DNA from: Bellilinea caldifistulae
Lineage (GTDB): Bacteria; Chloroflexota; Anaerolineae; Anaerolineales; Anaerolineaceae
Length of the DNA: 32,000 nt
Assembly: GCF_001306055.1 (NCBI RefSeq)
Contig: NZ_LGHJ01000009.1
Location: 60,001-92,000 of the forward strand
Direction: 5' to 3'
Positions 25,434 to 32,000 of this stretch are shown here, in pieces; the stretch's first letter is position 1; every line of letters starts with the position of its first letter. The position numbers and the translations under genes were made by a program. The notes beneath the pieces were generated by a model. The model worked only from the letters and a program-made list of their open reading frames with translations. It did not search any database and was not told the origin of the DNA.

Positions 25434-27161
25434 CTACTCCTCCCCGTTGCTGACCATCTGGTGCAGGCGCTCCAGCAGGGCAGCCAGTTCGCGCTGGCGC
25501 TCCAGCAAACTGGCGGTGATCTCCGCCGGGCGGGGCAGGGCAACCCGTTCGCTCTGGTGCGGGTTGCGGGCGCTCAGGTCGTAACCGCGGGCGCGCAGAT
25601 CGTCCAGGCGTTCCACCCAGCAGGTATATGGCGGGGCTGGGCGCGGGCCCTGCGCCTCGAAGGCGCGCCGGTAATCCGGGCTGGCATCGGGTGGGCAAAG
25701 CGGGGGATCGGCTTGTTCCCCTCTTTCCAGTTTCTCGCGGTAAGCCTGCCAGTCCCAATGAGCCTGCCACTGATCGCGAATCTCACCGGCAAAGGCAAAG
25801 GGGCGCTCGCGCTTACCCTGAAGGTAGGCTTTCCATTCCTGCCAGAGGGCGCGGGCTTCGTCAAAATGCTGGTCGGCAATCGGGCTGCCCTTGCTGAACT
25901 TCTTCAGCCCTTCGGGCAGGGGCAGTTCGTAGTACCACACTTCATCGCGCGCCAGCGGATTCTTTTCCAGAATGCGATCCACCCGCTGGAAGAAGAGCAG
26001 AGCGGTCTTGACGTCCGAATAAGGCGAAAAGACGCCCGGCGGCAAACTCACCACCGCAAAAAGGTGAAAATCGTCCAGAAGAATTTTCTTGACCTCGGCA
26101 AACGCCCCGCCGCGGAAGAGCGTGCCTTCCGGCACAACCATTGCGGCGCGGGCGTTGGGGGTGTTTTTGAGTTTCTTCAGAACGTGCTGTAAAAAAAGCA
26201 GTTCGGTGGCATTGCTCTGGATGTTAAAATTGTTTTGAATGTGGGCGCCTTCCTTGCCGCCAAAAGGCGGGTTGGTGAGGATGATATCGAAGCGCTCGCT
26301 GACGCTGGTTTTGACATCTTCTTCCAGCGTGTTGCGCCGGTAAATGTTGGGGGCGGTTACGCCGTGCAGCACCAGATTCATCGTACCCAGCAAGGCAGCC
26401 AGGCCCTTCTTCTCCTGCCCGTAAAAGGTGCTCTGCTGGAGGGTTTCCTCCTGTTCCACCGTGCGCACCTGTTTTTCCATGTGCAGGTAAGCCTGCGCCA
26501 GAAAACCCGCCGAACCGCAAGCCGGGTCATAAACTGTCTCGCCGATTTGGGGGTCAATCACCTCAACCATGAAGCGAATCACCGGGCGGGGAGTGTGGAA
26601 CTCGCCGGCGATCTGGTTTTCCTGCCCCATGCGCGCCAGCAGGTCTTCATAAAAGCGGGTAATGGTGAAGAAATCATCCTCGCGTTGAAAATCAATCCGG
26701 TTAATAATGTCAATAACCTCTTTGAGGTTGTAATCCGAAGCGCAGACCGGCACATTGCGCACCACCGTTTGATCGCCGACACTCTCATCCGAAAAGAGTT
26801 TGGCAACCGTGTTCGCCAGCGGCGAGCCGGAAAGCGAAGCCAGTCCGGGCAGTAAACGTCCGCGCACAAAAGCCACCAGTTCACCGCGGCTGGAATTCCA
26901 CTTTTCGAGCGCTTCCGGGCTTGCCCAGGCGTCCCAGGCCAGGTCGCCCTGCAAAACCGGGGTGTAGGATTGGCCGCGGAATGCGGCTTCTTCGGCGCGT
27001 TTCTTTTCTTCCAGGTCGAGAAATTTGAGGAAGAGCAGCCAGGCAATGTGCTCGGTGTAGGCCATTACCCCGCCCACATTGTTGTCGCGCCGCAGAATAT
27101 CGCAGGCACGCCACATCTCATTACTCAGGTTTTCGTTGATGGGTCGAGTGGCGATGTTCAT
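25434..27161 (-). CDS. hsdM: Type I R-M N6-adenine DNA methyltransferase HsdM
   Basis: An HsdM_N-like N-terminus is present. The SAM motif is 'VYDPACGSAGFL' and the catalytic motif is 'ILTNPPFGGKEG'. The C-terminal 'CWVERLDDLRARGYDLSARNP' tail is typical. Confidence 0.92.
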   Translation of the reverse strand: MNIATRPINENLSNEMWRACDILRRDNNVGGVMAYTEHIAWLLFLKFLDLEEKKRAEEAAFRGQSYTPVLQGDLAWDAWASPEALEKWNSSRGELVAFVRGRLLPGLASLSGSPLANTVAKLFSDESVGDQTVVRNVPVCASDYNLKEVIDIINRIDFQREDDFFTITRFYEDLLARMGQENQIAGEFHTPRPVIRFMVEVIDPQIGETVYDPACGSAGFLAQAYLHMEKQVRTVEQEETLQQSTFYGQEKKGLAALLGTMNLVLHGVTAPNIYRRNTLEEDVKTSVSERFDIILTNPPFGGKEGAHIQNNFNIQSNATELLFLQHVLKKLKNTPNARAAMVVPEGTLFRGGAFAEVKKILLDDFHLFAVVSLPPGVFSPYSDVKTALLFFQRVDRILEKNPLARDEVWYYELPLPEGLKKFSKGSPIADQHFDEARALWQEWKAYLQGKRERPFAFAGEIRDQWQAHWDWQAYREKLERGEQADPPLCPPDASPDYRRAFEAQGPRPAPPYTCWVERLDDLRARGYDLSARNPHQSERVALPRPAEITASLLERQRELAALLERLHQMVSNGEE

Positions 27162-29851
27162 TCTAAATACAGTCTCCGTTGCAGTTCACTGATGGTTTCG
27201 CGCAAAGCCTCAACGCTGCCAAAGCGTTTGGCAACGCCTCTTAACTCCCCCATGGATCGGAATGGCGGCAAACGATAGACGAGCGGATCGGTCAACTGGC
27301 GCAGGCCTCCCTCGCCGTATTTTTCCAGCAGCGTTTCAATCACCACACGGCGCTCTGGGGGAAAGGCGGCCAGCCAGCCGTTTTGTTTTCGCAAAAACTG
27401 CTGCACGCGCTGGCGGCGGGTGGGGATGGGTTGCCGCTGGAAAGCCACATAACCGATCACATCCAGCGGGTCGGCATCCTGGACTTTCAGCACCTCAGCC
27501 AGCACATCGGCGTGAACATTTTCACGTTCCAACTGCTGTTGTACCTCATCGCGGCTGGTTTGCTCCTGCCATTTTGCCAGCATGGCTTGCCAGTCTGGCG
27601 CAATGGCCATAATGCGCTGGCGGGAGTAGTCAATGTACTGTTCAAGGGTAAGCGGTTCGTCCAGCCCGGCGACAACAAAGGTGGCTTCCTCAGCGATGGT
27701 CACTTCGAGGTTGCGAACCGTAATTACTTTGACTTCGTCCTCGCGGACAGGTTTTAATTCGATGTCCACCGTGACGGTTTGATAAGCCTGCGTTTGCACC
27801 TTGATTTGGCGGCGATTGAGTCTGAGCCCATAGGCAATCAGGGTCACTTCACCGGCAGGCAGATAGTCGAATCGGAAAGCGCCGTTTTGATCCGTGAGGA
27901 TCGGCCCGCGCTGGTCGTTCGGGGCGGCCATCACTGCCACGCTGGCGCCGACAATGACCTCTCCGCTTTCGGCCAGACGCACCGTGCCGGAAATACTCGC
28001 GGTCTGCTCCCGGAGGGGAACGGGCTGGTCAATGGGTGTGGGCGGACAGTCCCAGGTTTTATCCAGCAGGCGGGTGGCATTGGTGTAGTCAATGATGCGG
28101 AACCAGTACTTGCCGGTAACCGGGTCAACACGGCTGCCGCGCCCGATGATCTGCTTGAAGAGGATGGGGGATTGGATGGTTTTCATGAAGACAATGTTAC
28201 GGCAGGATGGTACATCCACTCCCGTGGAGAGCAGTTCAGCGGTCACCGCAACCACCGGGAACTTGCGGTCACTATCCTGAAAATTCGCCAGCCAGCGGTG
28301 GGCTTGTTCGCCCTCTTCGCTGACGATGGGGACGGCATAATCTTCGTCATAACCGAGGTCGGCAAATTCGTTGTTCAACAGGCGGGCAACTTCCTGCGCG
28401 TGATCCATATCCACACAAAAGACCATTGTCTTGTGGGTGGGGCCGAACTCACGCAGCAGCCTTGCCAGATGGCGCACTAAAGTTTGTGTACGGTCGGGCA
28501 AGCGGATTTCACGCTCGAATTGGGGAGTGAAATACTCCTCCCGAACGTCAGCATCTTCGGGCGCGATGACTTCGGCGCCCTGTTCGATGACTTCGGAAAT
28601 GTGCAGTCCATCGCGGTCTATGTTGGTGCGGACACGATGAACTTTGTAGGTTGCCAGAAAGCCGTCTTCGATGCCCTGTGCAAGACTGTATGAGTAAGCG
28701 GGCGGATGAATGCTGCCCTTTTCCGGGTGGTGAGGATCAAGCGGAATGGCCGGTTCTTCGGAGCAAAAGTAGGCGTAGGTATCCACATTTTCATCTTGTT
28801 TGGGGGTAGCCGTCATACCCAGGTGGATGGCGGATTCGAAGTGGTCAAGAATTTCTTTCCACGTGCCAAATCCCGAACGGTGCGCCTCATCAATAATCAC
28901 GACATCAAAGAAATCCCGAGGAAACTTTTCAAACAACCGCTTCCCCTTTTCGTCCTGGCTCCACAGGGTCTGGTAAATCCCGAAGTAGAGATCATGCTGC
29001 AGGCTCAGACGGTTGGGGTTGTCAATCATGTGGCGCGGATCGCCATGGCTGCCAGCAAAAGGACTGAAAGCATTGTAAGCCTGATTGCGTAACACAACCC
29101 GGTCAGCCAGAAAAAGCACGCGTCCGGTGCGGCCTCGATTTTGAAACAGCCACTCCGATTTGATCAGCTTCCAGACAATTTGCATGGCAGTGAAGGTTTT
29201 GCCCGTTCCAGTTGCCATGGTCAGTAGAATCCGCTTTTGCCCGCGCATGATGCGAACCAGAACCTCGCGAATGGCGACTTCCTGAAAGTAGCGGGGCATG
29301 CTCCCGCGCGTGGCTTCGGGCGGTGCGTAGGGGTGAAGAATGGGGTTGTGGGCACGGGCACGCGCCAGTGCGGCGTTGTAAACCGGGCGCAATTCCCTCG
29401 TCTGGTGAACCTCTTCCTCAATGTTCAAGCCGGTGTTGAGTTTCCAGCGATTCCACAGTTCATCCGGCGAGGGGAACTCCGCGATTTCGCGGGTGGTATT
29501 GGTAAAACCGTCCCATTCGATGATTTGATGCCCGTTGGTGGCATAGGCAAACATCAAGTGATTATCGCGGGCGTATTGTTTGGCCTGCTCTAAGCCAAGC
29601 GCAGCGGGTTCGGCTTCAGCTTTGGCTTCCACCACTGCAATGGGGAAGGCGTCGGTATAGCGCAGAAGATAATCTACCCGGCGGGGTTTTTCCCGCTCAA
29701 CTTTTCCCCCGCGCAGGATAATTCGTCCGGGCGCATACTCCCAATCCTTACGGTAATAAAATTCACGAGTAACCTGGCTTTGAGTCCAGCCAGCGCGGTT
29801 GAGTTGGGGGTCAATCAGTTGTGCTCGCGTGTCGGATTCGTTAAGGGGCAT
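27158..29851 (-). CDS. hsdR: Type I restriction enzyme R subunit HsdR (PD-(D/E)xK nuclease, SF2 DEAH motor, inserted beta-sandwich, EcoEI_R_C-like tail)
   Basis: 897 aa. The N-terminus reads 'NESDTRAQLIDPQLNRAGW' and the nuclease motif is 'DYLL...AVVEAKAE'. The Walker A motif is 'TMATGTGKTFTA'. Further helicase motifs are 'VIIDEAHRSG', 'MTATP' and 'QIIGRGSR'. The C-terminal ~190 aa resemble the EcoEI R C-terminal domain. There is a 4-nt overlap with hsdM. Confidence 0.92.
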   Translation of the reverse strand: MPLNESDTRAQLIDPQLNRAGWTQSQVTREFYYRKDWEYAPGRIILRGGKVEREKPRRVDYLLRYTDAFPIAVVEAKAEAEPAALGLEQAKQYARDNHLMFAYATNGHQIIEWDGFTNTTREIAEFPSPDELWNRWKLNTGLNIEEEVHQTRELRPVYNAALARARAHNPILHPYAPPEATRGSMPRYFQEVAIREVLVRIMRGQKRILLTMATGTGKTFTAMQIVWKLIKSEWLFQNRGRTGRVLFLADRVVLRNQAYNAFSPFAGSHGDPRHMIDNPNRLSLQHDLYFGIYQTLWSQDEKGKRLFEKFPRDFFDVVIIDEAHRSGFGTWKEILDHFESAIHLGMTATPKQDENVDTYAYFCSEEPAIPLDPHHPEKGSIHPPAYSYSLAQGIEDGFLATYKVHRVRTNIDRDGLHISEVIEQGAEVIAPEDADVREEYFTPQFEREIRLPDRTQTLVRHLARLLREFGPTHKTMVFCVDMDHAQEVARLLNNEFADLGYDEDYAVPIVSEEGEQAHRWLANFQDSDRKFPVVAVTAELLSTGVDVPSCRNIVFMKTIQSPILFKQIIGRGSRVDPVTGKYWFRIIDYTNATRLLDKTWDCPPTPIDQPVPLREQTASISGTVRLAESGEVIVGASVAVMAAPNDQRGPILTDQNGAFRFDYLPAGEVTLIAYGLRLNRRQIKVQTQAYQTVTVDIELKPVREDEVKVITVRNLEVTIAEEATFVVAGLDEPLTLEQYIDYSRQRIMAIAPDWQAMLAKWQEQTSRDEVQQQLERENVHADVLAEVLKVQDADPLDVIGYVAFQRQPIPTRRQRVQQFLRKQNGWLAAFPPERRVVIETLLEKYGEGGLRQLTDPLVYRLPPFRSMGELRGVAKRFGSVEALRETISELQRRLYLE

Positions 29852-29853
29852 AC

Positions 29854-30091
29854 TTACCGCTTTTTATCCTTGGGTGGATTAGGATCGTGACCATCACTTT
29901 CTTTATCTTGAATTATGCCGTCCTTCTTGTGAATAATCAACTCTGAACCTTTTTTTTCAGCCAATTGACGTCTGCGTTTAATAGCCTCATCCTTTTGATA
30001 ATGGATAGATGTTGGACGTTGGTTTTCTTCTTTTTTTCACTACCCCTTGATTGTCATTTGGAACAATATGTACATTTCTCTTTTTTGCCAT
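29854..30091 (-). pseudogene. DUF2188-family small protein gene interrupted by a +1 frameshift in a homopolymer
   Basis: The minus strand reads 'MAKKRNVHIVPNDNQGVVKK' and then, after an A7 run (T7 at 30032-30038 on the plus strand), continues in the -1 frame as 'EENQRPTSIHYQKDEAIKRRRQLAEKKGSELIIHKKDGIIQDKESDGHDPNPPKDKKR*'. The joined product matches the DUF2188 pattern as I remember it. The span is 238 nt (3n+1). Neither half reaches the 60-aa cutoff of the ORF track. Confidence 0.65.
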
Positions 30092-30120
30092 AGCGCTTAC
30101 CCCGAGATCCATAAATCAAA

Positions 30121-30224
30121 CCGCCCACGCATTGCGGTTCACTTGCACCCCATTCGGGGCGCTTGCGCGGGCGGCAAAAGTTTGCTATGCTTGTTTTTGC
30201 CGCAACGCGCCTTCACCGCGTTGC
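30121..30224. other. GC-rich triple-hairpin element embedded in AT-rich DNA (ncRNA, REP/MITE-like or recombination site?)
   Basis: The first hairpin is CCGCCCACGC...GCGCGGGCGG (30121-30174), with an inner stem GCACCCC-ATTC-GGGGCGC. The second is GGCAAAA...TTTTGCC (30173-30201). The third is GCAACGCG-CCTTCAC-CGCGTTGC (30202-30224). The two track ORFs over this region have no coding character. Confidence 0.35.
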
Positions 30225-30371
30225 CGTCTCAGCCTCGCCGATACCAGCGGTGGGGCTGAATTTGTCTTTCTCAATAGTATAGCAAAGTTTTCGTTTCCAA
30301 TACCGTTTTGAGGTGGCAGAATCCAATCTCACAAACTTATTACCAAAATCTTACTCTAAAAGGAGGTTGGA

Positions 30372-31234
30372 ATGAGCCCACAAAACACCATCTGTATCAA
30401 AGATGCCCTCGAGGAATTCCTCCTTTCACGTCAGGCGATGCGCTGTTCCTCAAAAACCCTTCGAACATACCAAAGCATCTTGGGACGATTTACCCAATGG
30501 TTAGAAAAAGAGGGGGTTCAAACGGCAAACCAAATGACTTCCCGGCATGTTCGCAGATTTATGTCTCAAATTTCGGGTACTCAATGGCTTTAAATGGTTA
30601 TGGCCGTGCTATTAGGACTTTCATAAATTTCCTGAGTCAAGAAGAACTGGTTGATCATAAAATCTATATAAAAGTCCCACCATCGCCCAGGTAAAACCTT
30701 CCTTTTTTGAATTCCTCTCAAATCACACAATTATTGGAAGTTTGTGATGTCCAAGAAAAAACGATTGTTCTCTTGATCGTGGATAGCGGTTCAAGGCGAC
30801 AAGAAGTTTGCAACTTGAAAATCGGAGATGTACAAATTGAAAACGGAATGATTCGTGTTGTTCTGAGCAAGGGAAATAAGGACAGGATAGTGTTTATTGG
30901 TCAGGCTACGATCAATGCAATTTTAGATTATTTACCCGATTTCAATTATCGGGACAAAGAAAGTCCCCTTTTCAAAACCAAAAACGGCAAGCCTTTCAAC
31001 GGAGACCGTATGCAAAAAATGTTTCTCCGTCTTTCAAAACAATCGGGAATCAAAGTTACTCCTCACATGCTACGACGGTCATTTGCAACATTATCTTTGA
31101 AATTTGGAATGGACATGGTCAGCCTTCAAATGCTGATGGGGCATGCCAGCATAGAGACAACCCGCAGATACATTCAGTTATTAAGTGACGACCTTCAGAA
31201 TGCACAAAAAATGCAAGCCCCGTTGATCGGTTAA
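30372..31234 (+). pseudogene. Tyrosine recombinase pseudogene with one frameshift and one in-frame stop
   Basis: The protein is spread over three pieces. The N-terminal SAM-like domain (30372..30593) reads 'CSSKTLRTYQSILGRFTQWLEKEGV...HVRRFM'. It continues in the next frame as 'ALNGYGRAIRTFINFL' up to a TAA at 30692-30694. The catalytic domain (30707..31234) carries 'DSGSRRQEV', 'HMLRRSFATL' and 'MGHASIETTRRYIQ'. The gene is AT-rich, unlike the other integrases. Confidence 0.8.
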
Positions 31235-31287
31235 ACCTGAATGTTATATCGTTTGCCTCGCACTAAAAAGGCACCTACTTCATTGAA

Positions 31288-31354
31288 GCCCCCGGTGGAT
31301 TTCTGCGTTTGCTTGCGGAGCAGAAGGTTGCAAATTCGAGCCCTGCCGGGGGCA
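31288..31354 (+). pseudogene. Decayed tRNA-like remnant (tRNA-Arg-like, anticodon position reads GCG)
   Basis: The 7-bp acceptor stem is GCCCCCG/CGGGGGC and the discriminator is A. The T-loop TTCGAGC sits in a T-stem GCAAA/CCTGC with two mismatches. The anticodon arm is TTTGC-TTGCGGA-GCAGA. The D-arm is reduced to ~10 nt and no CCA is encoded. At 67 nt it is too short and too damaged to be a functional tRNA. Confidence 0.5.
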
Positions 31355-31497
31355 CTCTGTATTTATAAGGTCGCCGACCCCATCGAGCATCAGCAGTTGA
31401 ACTTACCACCCATCACAGACCAACCGGCGGGCGATCGTTCGGCATACCGCTTTAAGATGCCAGGGGATGATGCACACCCTCGGACGCTTTTAAAGCA

Positions 31498-31526
31498 TTG
31501 ACACAAAGAAGTAATTGGATTATTCT
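31498..31526 (+). promoter_or_regulatory. Sigma-70-like promoter for the VOC-family gene
   Basis: TTGACA-17 nt-TATTCT, ~105 nt upstream of the ATG at 31631. Confidence 0.4.
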
Positions 31527-31630
31527 GGTAAAGTAAGTCAACGATAATACTTGCTTAATCCGTCATCAAAGTTACAACCGCTGAAAGGGATTTTGCCAGA
31601 ACCCAATCGTTCAATTGAGAGGAAAACCGT

Positions 31631-32000
31631 ATGATCCCAGTCCTTGAGCCGGTGGCAATTGTCCCCCACCGCATCCATCCGCAAACCCGGCCGGCTTACG
31701 TACATCTCAAAGTGGCCAATTTAAGCCGAGAGATTGACTTTTACGAACGTCTGATCGGCTTGCGTCTCAATTGGAAAAACCAGCAAAGCGCCGGGCTTGG
31801 TATCGGCGGGCGCGATATCGTCCGGCTGTCTCAAATTACCAACGGCAAGCGTTACCGCGGGGTGAGCGGACTATACCATTTTGCCATCCTCTTCCCCAAT
31901 CGCCGCGAACTGGCCCGCGCGATTGCGCGTCTGTTCGCCTACAAATGGATCAATTATCCCACCGATCACATTATGACCAAAACCACTTATCTGGACGATC
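31631..32000 (+). CDS. VOC (glyoxalase/bleomycin-resistance/extradiol dioxygenase) family protein; N-terminal part, runs off the right edge
   Basis: 'AYVHLKVANLSREIDFYERLIGLRL...GLYHFAILFPNRRELARAIARL...DHIMTKTTYLDD' matches the VOC/CatE-like pattern. A GAGAGGAAAA RBS is present. The frame is open to the window end. Confidence 0.75.
   Translation, partial: MIPVLEPVAIVPHRIHPQTRPAYVHLKVANLSREIDFYERLIGLRLNWKNQQSAGLGIGGRDIVRLSQITNGKRYRGVSGLYHFAILFPNRRELARAIARLFAYKWINYPTDHIMTKTTYLDD

Larger units (their letters stand above)
6711..31354. mobile_element. Mosaic accessory/defence island, an accretion of integrative-element remnants
   Basis: One intact and three decayed tyrosine-recombinase genes, two TA pairs, a Gabija-like pair and a Type I R-M system. 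Composition blocks alternate: 60-nt samples I hand-counted gave ~40% GC at 21001-21060 and ~58% GC at 26001-26060. A decayed tRNA sits at the right end. The boundaries are approximate. Confidence 0.5.

Noticed and set aside
25432-25770. 113-codon N-terminal extension of the track ORF 24193..25770 ('MAGSLGLAGLPRETGKRG...')
   Set aside because: It is Pro/Arg/Gly-rich junk translated from an alternate frame of the hsdM 3' end. The real hsdS starts at the ATG at 25431, 2 nt after the hsdM stop, and gives a normal HsdS N-terminus.
25377-29593. Plus-strand ORFs across hsdM and hsdR (e.g. 25377..26192, 26235..26855, 27779..28480, 28706..29092, 29237..29593)
   Set aside because: They are antisense shadows of GC-rich genes with clear HsdM/HsdR motifs, and none has a domain signature or an RBS.
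30047-30311. Track ORFs 30047..30259 and 30051..30311
   Set aside because: They overlap each other and span the hairpin-rich GC element and the DUF2188 start region. They have Cys/Arg/Ala-rich non-protein-like composition and no RBS.
31241-31501. 86-aa plus-strand ORF
   Set aside because: It reads straight through the tRNA-like remnant and the promoter region of the VOC gene, and it has no RBS and no recognisable domain.
1-32000. CRISPR arrays, rRNA genes, intact tRNAs, IS transposases, reverse transcriptase/retron
   Set aside because: I looked for regularly spaced direct repeats, rRNA-like conserved blocks, DDE transposase motifs and RT 'YxDD' motifs, and found none. The only repeats are the integrase-associated direct repeats and short hairpins described above.

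Overview
Bacterial chromosomal window with no rRNA genes and no CRISPR array. Bases 1-6200 look like core genome, are AT-richer and are all on the minus strand: the 5' part of an M29 aminopeptidase gene, a CUT2-type sugar ABC transporter (lipoprotein SBP, tandem-NBD ATPase, two permeases) and a DeoR repressor. Bases ~6700-31350 form a compositionally mosaic accessory island. It holds four tyrosine-recombinase genes or fragments, of which only one is intact. Reading left to right: (i) a recombination-site-like repeat plus a truncated integrase. (ii) A self-contained galactitol-family PTS module: EIIA, a HisC-like aminotransferase, EIIB and EIIC on the minus strand, and a PRD/EII-domain regulator, HPr, Enzyme I and a membrane protein on the plus strand. 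(iii) A second copy of the repeat, with a phd/vapC toxin-antitoxin cassette wedged between the site and the intact integrase. (iv) higBA. (v) A GC-rich scrap region holding a structured leader, a small ORF, a terminator and an integrase C-terminal fragment. (vi) A Gabija-like OLD-family nuclease plus UvrD-like helicase pair. (vii) Directly upstream and collinear with it, a complete Type I R-M system (hsdR-hsdM-hsdS) preceded by a frameshifted DUF2188 gene. (viii) An AT-rich integrase pseudogene next to a decayed tRNA-Arg-like remnant, which probably marks the island edge. A VOC/glyoxalase-family gene starts at 31631 and runs off the window. The points most worth follow-up are the RM + Gabija-like defence array, the direct repeats bracketing the PTS module, the aminotransferase inside the PTS operon, a beta-sandwich insertion in HsdR, and two unexplained structured non-coding elements. 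All calls come from reading motifs by eye; no database search was possible.
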